NCBI GenBank assembly: GCA_043228905.1
Contig: JBHGNT010000011.1
Location: 3,348,001-3,412,000, forward strand
Length of the DNA stretch: 64,000 nucleotides
Reading direction: 5' to 3'
Source: Azolla caroliniana
Taxonomy: Eukaryota; Plantae; Polypodiophyta
A program made the translations under genes and the position numbers. Numbering within the stretch: the stretch's first letter is position 1; each line of letters begins with the position of its first letter. The notes under the pieces were generated by a model. The model was not told the origin of the DNA and searched no databases. It saw only the letters and a program-made list of their open reading frames with translations. This document shows positions 20,322 to 33,974 of the stretch, in pieces.

Positions 20322-23300
20322 ATGACCGAACTTCATGTTTATAATATCGATAATGTCTCGGTTCAATTAACATATTTTGAACAACAACTTGATGAAATCT
20401 TAAATGATTTTCATGATGTTTTTCCAAGTGAACTACCTGATGGGTTACCTCCTAAACAAAATATAGACCATCGTATAGATATTGTACCTAGAGTTGCACC
20501 AATAAGTATACCTCCATATCGCTTAAGTCGATCCAAAGAAGATGAGGTATCTAAGCAACTCAAGGACTATTTACGAATGGGTTATATACGTTATAGTAAA
20601 TCTCCATGGGGTGCACCAGTTCTCTTGGTAAAAAAGAAAGAGGGCACATGGCGTATGTGTATTAATTACCGACTCTTGAATAAAGTGACGATCAAGAATT
20701 CGTACCCATTGCCCCGGGCTGACGATCTAATTGACCGTCTCCAGGGAGCTCGGTATTTTACGAAACTTGATCTCCGTACTGGCTATCATCAAATACGAAT
20801 AAGTGAGGACGATGTTCCCAAAATGGCATTTCGTACACGTTATGGCCATTATGAGTTTTTGGTTATGCCTTTTGGTTTGACCAATGCTCCGGCTACATTT
20901 CAACATGAAATGAATGACATTTTCCAAGAACAACTTGGGAAATTTGTCGTTATTTTCTTGGATGATATTTTAGTTTATAGTCGTACATTAAAAGAATATG
21001 CTAGACATGTTCGCTTTGTTTTACAAACATTGCGTGACAAACAGTTTTATGTGAAGATCTCAAAATGTGAGTTCTTCAAGAAATCAATTACTTATCTAGG
21101 ACATCTCATAACCGAACGAGGAGTTGAAATTGATCCTTCTCGCATTGAGAAAATCAAGCTTTGGCCCACTCTTCGGAATATTCGAGAAGTTCGATCATTC
21201 CTTGTTTTTGTCGGGTTTTTGCGAAAGTCTCTTCGTAATTACTCCCAATTGACGACGTCGTTTACTGATCTTTTAAAAGGTCAAACGCGTAAGTCTACAA
21301 AACCTATTGTGTGGAATGCTACACTAGACCTCGCCTTTAAGGAACTCAAGGACCTGGTTTGCAAGGCTCCTTCACTTCTTTTACCTGATCCTTCAAAACC
21401 TTTTGAGGTTGAAACCGATGCAAGCGATTATGTTATAGGTGTTGTCTTGTATCAAGATGGTAAACCAATAGCATTCGAGAGTAAGAAACTTGATTCTACT
21501 CAATGTCGGTACACCGTTCAAGAAAAGGAATTATTTGCAGTTATACATGCGCTCAAAACATGGCGCCATTATCTTTATGGAAATCGCTTTGTGGTAACTA
21601 CGGACCACAAGTCCTTGAAATATTTTTGTGACCAACAAGACCTGAAAGGTCGTAAGGCACAATGGGCTGATCTCATCCAGAACTTTGATTTTTCCATACG
21701 ATATCGTAAAGGTTCCATGAACACTGTCGCTGATGCACTAAGTCGCATCCGTGAAGTTAACATGCTTAGCTTCACTGAAATAACATCAGATCTTTATGAT
21801 CACCTTCGAGGAAAGTATCCTGATGACATTTATTTTGCAAAATACTCGGCAAGAGTTGAGTCTGGAACAGACACCACCACATCCTCGAAGGAATACTTCC
21901 ACATTGCTAACGGTTTGCTCTACCGTAATGGGAAGGTTTGTGTTCCAGATTTACCCGAGGTCAAAAAGAGGATTCTTTTTCAATGCCATGATGCACCCTC
22001 AACAGGGCACCCTGGAATACATCGTACACTCATTCTCATCTCCACTCAATTTTATTGGCCTAAGATGCGTCCTGACATACATAGCTATGTGACTAAATGT
22101 CACCAGTGTCAGCTTAACAAAGCCGAGCGACTTAAAGCCGCAGGACTTTTACATCCCTTGGACATTCCCAATAATAAGTGGGAAAGCATATCCATGGATT
22201 TTATTGTTAGCCTTCCTCGCACCCAAAAAGGCCATGATGCCATCTGGGTTGTCGTTGATCGACTAACTAAAATGGCCAGATTTATTGCTACTAAAACCAC
22301 GGTAACAGCTCCTGAATTGGCTTACCAATTTGTTGATAAATTGTTTCGTTTTTATGGGTTACCGATGGATATTGTGAGTGATCGAGATCCAAAGTTTACT
22401 AGTGACTTCTGGACGCAAGTCTTTAAGAAGTTAGAAACTACGTTGAGCATGAGCTCCACGGATCATCCTCAATCCGATGGACAGACAGAACGAGTAAATC
22501 AAATTATTGAGGACATGCTTCGAGCATACGTTGGTGCAAAACCAACAAAATGGGAACGTTATCTCCCAATTTTGGAGTTTGCTTATAACAGCTCCAAGCA
22601 TACGTTGTCGTAGTGTATTTTGTACACTACGTGAAAAACGTATATAGTATTAGATTCAATAAAAAATGAAGAAATAGAAGAAAATAGCAAAATAAATGGA
22701 ACATGTATAGGGCAAGATTCGAACCTTGCACCTCCATGTTAATAATGTAATGTCTTACCATTACACTAGCATTTCATTAGTGTTAAAGCATAGATGTCCC
22801 ACATAGAAAGGTAAATTCACGCTAGGATAAACATTAGAAAAACGCATAACAAAAGAAAAAGCTACACATACACATCTAGCGTGCATGATAAAAAACGCAC
22901 AAGTTAGAAAAAAGCATGATCACTTTAGATAAAGCATATAGTCTATCTATAGGAAAAGCATGGGGTCTATAGTTAGAGAAAAAGCATGGATTACTAAGAC
23001 TTCCTCATCACTACATAAGGATGGGGAGCACAATGTAATTGTGTGTGAAATATTTGGGAAATTGGATATATTTCCTAAAACACCAATTAACAAACTATAC
23101 TCGTGGGATTCACGAGATTTCTATATCTTTCTCTATCAATCTAAATACATATTCTTACATAAATATTAATCAATAAAATACATTATACTTGTGGGATTCA
23201 CAAGTTTCTAATAATCTACTCATAATTATAATAGTCTCAAATTCTTCCTCCTCCTAGTCCAAAACCTCGGCGGTTCCCACCCGACTCACGCAACGATCCG

Positions 23301-23982
23301 GAGCCGAAAGGCACGACAACGTCGACGGGATATGTTGATGTATGGTTTTCAGCCACGAGCCCCTATTGATGTTAATATACATCATGATGAGTTGCGAAGT
23401 ACGCAAAACTTTCTTCAGGATATGCAAGATATGTTGCATATTGCACGAGATAATATAAAAACAGCTCAAGATAGAGCGCGTTTTTATGCCGATCATCATA
23501 GGCAACCTCGTGTATTCAACCCTAGACAGAAGGTATTTTTACGTGTACCTCACAATTCTAAGACATTGTCTACGGGTAAGTGCGCTAAGTTAGCCCCACG
23601 GTTTTGTGGACCTTTTACAGTCCTCAAACGCATTGGGTCATCAGCCTATCGTCTCGCTCTTCCCGATGGTGTTGGAATTCATCCAGTCTTTCATGTGAGT
23701 CGTCTAAAAGAACTTCTAGGTTCTAGCGACAATACAGTTACAACTGAAACTCTGGTTACTTCTGAAGAATTATCTTCTAAACCACATGTACCAGAAAGAA
23801 TTCTCGATGTTAAAACAAAAAAATTACGTACTAAAGAAATCCGAGAATTTAAAATAAAATGGATGGATAAATCAATAAAAGATGCCACATGGGAACGTGA
23901 AAATACTCTCAGAACTAATTTCCCTAACTTTCCATTGCAAGAGTGCAATGTTTTAAAGAGGGGGAGTATGTTACAGGCATGA
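20322..23982 (+). pseudogene. Gypsy Pol (RT-RNaseH-INT-chromo-like), split by solo LTR 22606-23318
   Basis: ORF 20322-22613 ([34 protein letters not shown]) and ORF 23332-23982 (KLAPRFCGPF, HPVFHVSRLK, PERIL..KW...ATWE). Confidence 0.94.
22606..23318 (+). mobile_element. Solo LTR (713 bp) with 4-bp TSD, carrying an antisense tRNA-like module
   Basis: TGTCGT...ACGACA termini, ACGT on both sides; removing it restores SKHTSTG in the host integrase. Confidence 0.9.
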
Positions 23983-24469
23983 CCATTTAATATCCCGTGG
24001 TGAGAATTTACCGTATTATTCTATACACGTGGATAAGTGTGAGGGTTAAACGAGAGTGTAAAGAAGGGGAGGATTACTTTTAATCCTCGGGATTGAGACA
24101 ACCCATTAGGTCAAGTGTGAACTTGCCTGGGGGCGTTGGGTATCGATATAAATAAGAGGCCTAGCTACCCTCATTTCATCATCTTTTGACTACATCGAGA
24201 CTCTGCTCTTGTGGTGGGTCAACTCTTGTAGCGAGCGCGCCAGCACCAGGTACGACCCGACGCCACGGCGGTGGTATGGGACGCTGATCGAGGCTCGAGT
24301 CCGTCTCGATCCCTTCGCTCGGGGGTGGTCGGGTGGATCGGCACCCTTTTTTCTCTTTCTCCTTTCTATCTATCATTTGTTTATCCTTATCTTAAGCTTA
24401 CTTTAGTACCTAGATCTCTAATAACTTTGATCTCCAATAGTGCCCTTTTGTTGAACCCTGTAGAAGAAG

Positions 24470-25150
24470 AATGTGTCTGGTGTTGCTTGATATTTGATCC
24501 AATCCCTTGTCTCTTCTCTGTTCCTTGGGCTTTATCCATGCATTTGGGTCAATAAGTAATGAAAGGTCATGGGCATTAATAATAAGACTAGCTAGTAGAT
24601 TCCTTCACTTAAGGTGTAGTTGACCCATGTGTAGAGAAAGTATGAGTCACACTCTGGCGACACACTCCTACATGCATGTCAAGAGAAGTTGTTTGTTCAA
24701 CCAACAAAAGAGTGTTTTGTGTTGCTTGATCTTGATTCAATCCCTTGCCTCTTCTCCATTCCTTGAGCTTGATCCATGCATTCGGGGAAGTAAAGAAGCA
24801 TCAGTGGCAATCATAAGGGTACCTACCGAGTATCTCCCTTCATTGGATACATCATTGACCCACATGTAAAGTATATGTCACACTCTAAGTAATCACTCTT
24901 ACATGCATGATGGCACCATTGTGTCTTTATCTATGTCTCAGCAACCGTTTCAACAAACTTGGTTGGTTTGATCCTTCACTAGGCCAAGCGTTAATAAGGC
25001 TACCTATAGCTCCCTTTGTTTGAAACATCATTGACCTACATGTAAAGTTTATGTCACACTTTGGGTACTAATCACTCTTAGATGCATTGTGGCTCCCCTT
25101 TGTCCCTATCTACACCTCAGTAGCCGTTTCAACTAACTTGGTTTATTTGA
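24470..25150. repeat. Degenerate local direct repeats (about 180-240-bp period)
   Basis: TGTTGCTTGAT...ATCCATGCATT at about 24481 and 24720; CATCATTGACC.ACATGTAAAG..TATGTCACACT at about 24850 and 25026. Confidence 0.6.
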
Positions 25151-28100
25151 TTCTTCACTGCGCAACTCTGACACATGTTCCTCAACCATTTCCCACTCAG
25201 TTGTTAGGTTGCTTTTGCGTACTACGCTTTACATATATTTTTTGGGTAAGGGAGTACATTTTACATGATGAACAACACCTTCTAACATTTTTGTTTAAAC
25301 CTTGGCAACTAGATTTCTTGTCGTGCTATTTGGTAGAATTTGTATAGAGCTCCCATACTTAAAATTTCAATAGTACTACTTTTTTTGTATACATGTTTGG
25401 CACATTTTGAATTGCTTGTTCACTTCTATTTCTGCATGCACTACATTGTAGAACATGTGAATATTCTTGGGGGATTATTCTCTTGTAATTATTTTTTAAG
25501 TTAATCGTCGTGGAGCCATACCACGGATTAGTTAGGGTCAAAATTCATGAGATGGAGCAAAAGTAAGAGATATCACACAATATTACTATTGTGTCACAAC
25601 CAATTATTTGATTCGTTCTCACGAGTTTTGTGTGTACTTTATTCTCAAACTAGTAAAGATTAGGATATGGCAAGGTAAGCCATTGCTTTATCCATGTTCA
25701 TTTGTTATCTATAATATAATTCACACTAACTCTAATTTCAGAAAAGACAAAATGGTCATTTTGCGCAATGGTGGAGCATATGAGAATAATAGATTGGGCC
25801 AATTGATGAATTTGCATTTATTATGGGGAATTCCACGCTATACGATAACTAAACATTGGGAAATTTATTGTGGTGACCAAGTGGTAGGTGAGCTTCTTGA
25901 TTTCAACGGTGAGCTTTTTTGTATGGAGGCGAGCTTTCAACCAATATTAGCGAGCTTTTAAAAATTCTATTGATCTATCTTCATGCCCCATGCACACCTT
26001 GTACATGATTCTGAACGACCATACATGACCCTACTAAGATACCTCCGTGATGTTGTTTCTCCCTTAAAATTTTGTTGCAAATGTTGTATTTACTTAATTT
26101 TGCTAAGTAGTTAAGTGTTCGAGTTCTAATTATTGATGAAGCTTGATACTATGTGTATCCCACCGCAACCAAAGCAACATTAGTATTATATAGCAATCTT
26201 CTAAATGCAATAGTTTATTATGATATAATTGCTCATGCAAACATTCATGACAACAAACAACATCACATCTTCCATAATTCAAGGCCCTACTTGTCCCACT
26301 TGGATCTTCCACACCCTTCTCACACATTCTCACGTCAACAATCTCTGACGAGCTCTCAATGGTTCACACTAATGTTAAAACTAAATTAATTTCTTCACAA
26401 TGACCACATAACATTCTTCTTCTACATTCTAAGGCTAATATAGTCGAACTTAGTATTTGATACCACTTACTAGAGTTTAATTAACACATCACTTGTGTAA
26501 GATAACCAAATGTTGAAGTTGTGGGAGGGGGCAACCATGAGTTGTTTGAACCTAATGTTGTTGACATTTATAAGATACAACCATAGATTGACACATGCGT
26601 GAGATTCGTCATATTCTCCATCCGTGATATTCTCAATATTCAAGAATACAAAATGGCCCTAAGAATATTTAAAAACCATTCGTTTTGTAAAATAAATATA
26701 CAAAAAATTAATTAATTAATTTAAAAATAAATCAATTTAATTCCCTAAAAAAAAGAACAATTATTCATTAATAAATTATAAAAATATGATTAGTATAAAC
26801 TCTCCTTTCTAGTGTCAAATAAAAAAAGAGGAGAGTTTATGAACCTTTATTTGATTTAAATAATTGATTTTTTATTTATAAAAAACGAATAATTTTATAT
26901 TTACTATGAAAACATGATTAATGTGAAGTCTCAATTTTAATGTCAGGTAGAAATATCCATAAATTTTGGGAAAAGAAAAGGTGAACAATTAATGAACCTT
27001 TATTTTATTTTATTTATTTATTAAAAATAAAACGAAAATTTATTTTATTTTATTTATTTATTTAGTAAAGAATCAAGATCTCCAATGAAAATTTATTACT
27101 GTCAAGTCTCTCTCTCAACTCCCTATTTTATTATCCCCTTTTTATTGTCAAGTCCCCCTTTCTTTCCTAAGAAACTAAAAGGAGGGGGTTCATCTCCTTT
27201 TTTTTCCTTTTTTTTTAAACGAATACTTGACCACCCGAATGTATGCGTATTCGTTTGCATTCGAATGGAAAATCCCACGAATGCGAATATGTCAATCTAT
27301 GGATACAACGATGTTACACGTATTATCAAAAACGAATTAAAATATCAAAAGTCACAAGGTCACGGTTATCTTTGTTGCCAAAGCGTATGTAAGAACATAC
27401 ATGAAGAGTTGCATTGTAAATGTGTCTCATAACCAATGTTGATGTTTTGAAGAACATGACAAGACTTCTCTTGGTCACAAATGGACATAAATTAGACTCT
27501 CATCCTTCACTTTGGAAGCATTGACACATTTAAACACTCATTCATCACAAATTCCACACCAAAGGGGAGAGAAGAAGTAGATTGAAGTTGACTTTAACAA
27601 ATCTCATTAACTAAACACTATAGCATTGGTGCTCATGTTGTTGAGACTTTCCATATGGAAGACTGACTCATTTAACTAATATCAATCCAAGACTAATTTG
27701 GGGAACTTTGTTGTTGGACAACCATGTTTAATATACAAGATGGGACAAGGTCTTGTAAGCTAAGAAACCACGTGACCATAAAATTCATTTCCTTCTCTTT
27801 ACATGTGTAGAAATGGTCAACCGAGAACACCATGTTGTACTTGGACCTTTTTTTGTTGTGGCTTGCCATCAGTATGGAGTGCCAAAAGCTGGATTATCAT
27901 TCAATCATAAGCTGACATGTATCAATTAACCATAACCAATCTATGTTAGATTCTAAAAAGTGCCAAATACATTTGGACAATACCACTTGAATGTGCTTCT
28001 TTTGAGTGGCATGTTCTTCCTTATTATGTACAAACATTCTCTTGGTAGTTTGAAGCCAATCACATCCCTAACTATTTCTTGAAAGAAAGTTTTAGACAAG

Positions 28101-28830
28101 TTTGTGTGATCCAAGTGTCTAGGCAAGTTTCTGATCCAAGATACAATACATTGTCCCTCGCATGTCCTCCGATGGTATTCAATGTTATGAGCTTTCATAG
28201 ATCCTACCCCAAGGCTCCATCCATATCTATGGCATCTAGAAAAGAAATGGTATTGGCACATTTTCACGCCATGAGAAAAGACTCAACTTCCCCTTGGCTC
28301 TACGTTCACCCAAGGAGCTTTCAACATTGCTCTATATGTTGGCATACAAAAGCTCATATTGTTCCTTGCATATGCCTAAAACTTCATGTGATTTCTAAGA
28401 TGCATGTTCCATGTCGACACCAAAAGGTGCTCACAATGTTAAGACCTAATCGACACGTAATGCGACCAATGTGAAGACGAGGCACGAGGTTGGTGTCATG
28501 GAAAGAGGCCCATAAGAGTTCCTCTATCCTTTCACACCCTAAGCTTGTCTTTGGAGGAAGTGTTTGACCTCCTTTGAAGGACTATGGCTACCCTTTTGGT
28601 TCAGTAGTGGAGCATGGTGCTAAGTGTTGATGGTGGTTATAAAGGATAGCAACAGCACTTGCAAAAGCTTCCAATGGTGATATGCTTTGCTTCTGGAAAG
28701 CAAGTTGGAAAAGGCCACGTTGAACAATGGATAAGTTGAGCACTAGATCTTGCTTGATTCCCTGCATGTTGATGATAACAAAAATAAGCTAACCATTGGA
28801 AGAGACTTACAAGTTTGATAGATTAAAGCA

Positions 28831-29027
28831 CCAATAATATGTGACAAGATCTTTATATGTAAATATGCATGTTTGCAAGTATATAGAGAGATAGATATAT
28901 TTGCAAGTATACCAAAAGTGGTTCAGACTGCCAATAATATGTCACAAGATCTTTATATGTAAATATGTATGTTTGCAAGTATATCGAGAGATAGATATAT
29001 TTGCAAGTATACCAAAAGTGGTTCAGA
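28831..29027. repeat. 100-bp tandem duplication (x2) in the DUF3527 intron
   Basis: CCAATAATATGT...GTGGTTCAGA starts at both 28831 and 28931. Confidence 0.9.
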
Positions 29028-29285
29028 ATCTGTAGAAACATGCATACAACATACAATGGGGAAAATGTGGTTGAACATGATTGGGAGCATGCAACAAATA
29101 ATGATTTGATTATACATTTGGGCATGTCTGTCTGTCTGAATGAATGTATGTATGTATATGTATGTAAGTCTGAATGAATGTATGCATATGAATGTATGTA
29201 GATGTATATCTGTCTGAATGAATGTATGTATATGTATGTATGTCTGAATGAATGTATGTGTCTGAATGAATGTCTGAATACATAC

Positions 29286-29288
<3 letters not shown>

Positions 29289-29318
<30 letters not shown>

Positions 29319-29904
29319 TGTATGTATGTATGTATGTATGTATGTATGTATGTATGTATGTATGTATGTATGTATGTATGTATGTATGTATGTATGTATG
29401 TATGTATGTATGTATGTATGTATGTATGTATGTATGTATGTATGTATGTATGTATGTATGTATGTATGTATGTATGTATGTATGTATGTATGTATGTATG
29501 TATGTATGTATGTATGTATGTATGTATGTATGTATGTATGTATGTATGTATGTATGTATGTATGTATGTATGTATGTATGTATGTATGTATGTATGTATG
29601 TATGTATGTATGTATGTATGTATGTATGTATGTATGTATGTATGTATGTATGTATGTATGTATGTATGTATGTATGTATGTATGTATGTATGTATGTATG
29701 TATGTATGTATGTATGTATGTATGTATGTATGTATGTATGTATGTATGTATGTATGTATGTATGTATGTATGTATGTATGTATGTATGTATGTATGTATG
29801 TATGTATGTATGTATGTATGTATGTATGTATGTATGTATGTATGTATGTATGTATGTATGTATGTATGTATGTATGTATGTATGTATGTATGTATGTATG
29901 TATG
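29289..29904. repeat. Perfect (TATG)n microsatellite, about 154 units, intronic, with degenerate flanks 29130-29980
   Basis: Directly visible. Source of the spurious YIHT and MYVC ORFs. Confidence 0.99.
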
Positions 29905-32900
29905 CATGTATGCATATGTATGCATGTCTCTATGTATGTATGTATGTGTGTATGTATGTATGTATATGTATGTATGTGTGACAAATTTGGTTCACTTACA
30001 TGTGAGAATATGCTTACTGGTTGGACATGGTAGGGAGCAACCTTGCTGCTCTGCTCTGGGTTGGGTAGATGAGTGCTTGAAACTTTCAGGCCACACCCAA
30101 GATCCCACCCACCACACTCGCAAGATCGGCCATCGGATCTCCACCGTTCGATCAAAGAAGAGGGGCCTTTGCCACCATTGGATGGCAATCCATGCTCCCC
30201 CATTGGCAAAACAAGTGTCACATTGGGCTCCAAATCAGGTGCAATGCACCCCAAATCCTGTGCAATGGGCCCCAAATCACACAATTTTGACACAAAATCC
30301 TGTTTACTGGGCCTTAATTCCTGTGTAATGCACCCCAAATCATGCCCATAATTATGTGCTAATGATGCCTTGTCTTCAGAATTATACATCCATGGATTAT
30401 CTCTCACCATGCTTATGTTTGAAGATGTCCTGTTGATTAAGCTGTTTTCTGAACCTAAAGTGTGACCTTTAAGATTGCAAATGGTGAAACCATTCTGCTT
30501 CACCATGCTCTTCCTACCATGATTGGCATGGTTTAATGATGACATGGTTCTTGATGCTCCTCGATCCCTAGCTGCTGCATCATATCCCACCATGCTAGGG
30601 TTTAGAAACTTTAAACCCCATCCTAACCTTGGCTGGATTTCTTCAATGCTGCCATGAAACCTGAATGATCTGGCTGGACCTACTGATACAGTTTCTTGGA
30701 TTACCATTGCAGCAATTTCAGGGTATGATGGTGGTGAGGAATCAGTAACAGAGTAGTTTGGATTAATCTCTTGTGGATTGATAGTATTTACATCATGGAT
30801 AGACCTCTTTTGGCAGTATGAGAATGCAGTAGTGGTATTATTGATCGAGCCATTGTGATGATGATGATGATGATTATGATGATGATGACCATGGATTGAT
30901 TCATGAGCTCTTCCATCATAGAGAACAAACTCTGATACTTTCCTGCATTGTTCTGTCACTTCTCCATGGCTGTTCCTAACCATCTGTGGCTTCGTGAGAG
31001 TTCGAGTTACAGACATTAAACCTAATAATAGATCAGAGGTTGAAACGTTCTAGCCCTCTTTGTGTCTGATCCATCTCCTCCATTTGCCCTTCGATTTGAT
31101 CTTTCCTGAGTGGAATGTATAAAGAAACTCATCCATGGAATTATGATCTCTTGAGCAGCGATGGTGAAGACCTTGTGTGTAACTGCAAGAGCTAGCTACC
31201 ATCATTTCTTGAAAACCTTCCATAGCCATGGTGATATAACAAGGGAACCCATCTTTCCACACGCATTGCAAATAGGCCTCCTGCAGAGAAGGCGATGGGA
31301 TTGAAGAAGAAACAGAGCAAGTTCTGACACATTGATCCTTCACATATCGAGTGCCTCTTGCGATTGGAAGCATATCAATAGTATGTGGATTAATTTTCTT
31401 CAAATTTGTCGATCTTCTCATCCATGAAAGCTCTGCATTTGATGAGCTTCTTCTGCAGTGCTTGCTCAGCATGGAAGATGGACTCTGACGGTTATGGCGA
31501 TCGTGGTGAAGATGGCGATGATCATCATCATGCCTTCTGATTGATCCACTCTCAAATACAAAACATTCCTCAGAGAAATCAGGGCTAACATTTGGTGACT
31601 GTCTTGGCATGGATTGTATGCAATTTAGGGATGATTTTGGCGTGGATTTGGCCCCATTGGGAGATGATTGGGGCATGAATTGGGGGAGATTTAAGTTCAA
31701 TTGTGGCACAGAATTGAGACAGGCAGTTTGGGTACTGAGTGTTCTCATAGAATGCGAGATACTGTGAGAGCCATTTTTAGGTCTAATTCTATGCAGACTG
31801 AGATCGCTGCTGCCATCATCGTTACTGTTACTAAAGTGAGAAGAAGAAGAAGAAGATGGAGATGAAGACGCAGATGAAGAGGTAGCTGCCAGAGAAGTAG
31901 AATGATCAGACGAGAAAGGCGAAGAAGAATCGGTCTCAGAAGAAGATGACACAGATTTACGCGTACTTGGATTCGAGGTTTCCATAGCTTCGTTTTTCTG
32001 AGAGAATCCTTTTGCTTGTTTCGTCTTCAAAAGTTCTTTCTGTCTTCTGCTTGAGTGGGATCTCTCTGATTATGAATCTATCTCATCAGCCTTGATCCAA
32101 ACTCTGATTAGGCGATTTTGCGTATGAAACGGATCAAAATCTGCAATGAAACCTAATAATCATGATGGAGACTCTAATTAAGGTCTTAATCATTATGATG
32201 TGTCCTGTAATCCGCCCCTGGAGATGCAAATGAGTCCTGTAATCAAACCCTAATACGCAAATGGGCTCTTCACAGATCCTCTACACAAGCCTACTACTAT
32301 TCCGCGGAGACATGCAAATTATGTCATTGAGCTAGGTGAAATCGTGCAATTGGACAATCTAATTGGGCTTCTTTTGGTCATGGATCCTCTAATTAGGCCT
32401 AATTATAGGGAGATGGGCTCATTGATAAGGATTTAACCTAATAATTTTGTATATAAATATCTATATATACGCCCGTGCTCTATGTCATCAATGATCCGCT
32501 TAATGGAGATTGTGCAATCCATTTAAACAAAAGTGCCGAGCTCCTTAACTCCATAGCTGTGCAGAAAAATGGGCAATAAACAGGGGAAGGGGCAGGAGGG
32601 GTCATTTTCGGTGCCGCCTGGCTCTGTGCAGAAATTTGATAAACAGAATAAATTTTGATTCATGTCAATGAATGGAGGGGGATATGCATAAAAGTTGAAA
32701 TGCATAAATCTGATTAATTAAATCACGAAAACCTGCAAAAGCAATTGATTTGTTAAATTTAAAAAAAAACAATTGAAACACTAATTACTCCATTGATACG
32801 AAAAGTAATCGAAATTAAAACGATGTCTAAAGTTTAATGGTGTGAGATTGAATTCATTAATTGACAAAAATATATATATGCGTAAAATCGATAATGTTAG

Positions 32901-33286
32901 AGATTGAAAACTAATTGAAAGAACTGCGTAAATTCAATTAAGTTAATCGAATAGAAAAATGCAGCGAATTAAACATTAATTGGGAAGAAAATCCGCATGA
33001 ATGAAACCGATTAAAATAGAGGAAAATTAAACTAATCGAATGCAATAATAGGCATAAAATTAGTTGGACGAAATATACAAAAATAATAATTTGCATTCAT
33101 TTACAATTACTATATCATTTCAATATGGAGCATTGGTTCCGTAAATTTTCCTTTTTGGCTTTCCGAGGATTTGAGGTCACCACCATTTCCCAAGCAAATC
33201 AAATTCCAAAGCATTTTATTTAATGTGATGATATATGTAGCAGGGATTTGGTGCCATTACATCCACTAACTATAAATATATGCATT

Positions 33287-33318
<32 letters not shown>

Positions 33319-33474
33319 TTGATCAATCATTAAAGGATGAAAACGCTGGTAGTTAATGATCTGCTGTCTCCTTAATCAAGCATTAATCCAACCACTAATT
33401 ATTACTTACGCCCTCTATCGCCCCCCTAATCAAGCGTGAAGGCTCTTCCTTTCTTTTAGGGCTTTTAGGAACTC

Positions 33475-33912
33475 CAGGGTAACAATCGGCAACGGTTCGG
33501 TTCAGTTCGAGAGGGTCCAAACCGAACCGTTTAAATGTTTTGAAACCTACACCGAACCACGAAACCGTTGAACCATTAAATCATAAAAACCGCGGTTTCG
33601 TGGTTCAGTTTCGGTTTTTCAACATAGGTCAAAATTTTAATTTTTTAAAATTTATAATATTTCAATTTTTAAAATTTTTAAGATGTTCCCAAAATATAAG
33701 AATAAGGTCTAACAATGAAAAGATTGTTTAAAAATAATTTTTAAATTTTTTTAATAATTTTAATAATTATTTTTTTTAAATAATAATAATCCGTTTAAAC
33801 CGCGATTTCTAGCTGTTAAAACCAAAACGAATCGTTGGAAATGTTAAGCCGTTAAGCTATGGTTTCTCGATTCGGTTCAATTCAAACTGAACCGTTGCCA
33901 ATTGTTACTCAA
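33475..33912. mobile_element. MITE-like non-autonomous DNA transposon (hAT-like subterminal AACCG/CGGTT motifs)
   Basis: Imperfect 23-bp TIR: GGGTAACAATCGGCAACGGTTCG (33477-33499) against TGAACCGTTGCCAATTGTTACTC (33888-33910). AT-rich core; TSD not evident. Confidence 0.7.
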
Positions 33913-33974
33913 GGGTTTCACCAAGCTTTAGGGTTCGGGGATTTGTAGGGCTGATTATGGTTCTAGGGTTTAGG

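Larger units (their letters stand above)
18060..24423 (+). mobile_element. Ty3/gypsy element with chromodomain-like integrase end, gag/protease mostly deleted
   Basis: 455-bp LTRs 18060-18514 and 23969-24423 (about 14 differences by eye), TSD ACTTT, degenerate PBS TGGTATCAAA at 18517, PPT AAAGAGGGGGAG before 23969. Confidence 0.96.
28588..31985 (-). pseudogene. DUF3527-family plant protein gene, two coding exons (31985-30000 and 28761-28588), with an in-frame TAG at 31050-31052
   Basis: Motifs EIAAMVIQ, VTLVLPMGEHGLP...GPSSLIERWRS.G..CECGGWDLGC and last exon ISPLEAFASAVAIL. Phase-0 GT-AG intron 29999-28762. ORFs 31050-32030 and 28953-31016 share a frame. Start codon uncertain. Confidence 0.8.

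Noticed and set aside
22700-22772. Functional tRNA gene
   Set aside because: Acceptor and anticodon stems do not form, so it is reported only as a tRNA-like promoter module.
27340-28480. Possible decayed transposon coding sequence
   Set aside because: The composition looks coding-like, but I could not recognise any motif; needs a translated search.
28953-30328. Long YIHT and MYVC repeat ORFs on both strands
   Set aside because: They are translations of the intronic (TATG)n tract; the real exon ends at the donor site at 29999.
31050-31052. U-to-C RNA editing rescuing the stop codon
   Set aside because: That editing is known from fern and hornwort organelles; this is a nuclear gene with a spliceosomal intron.
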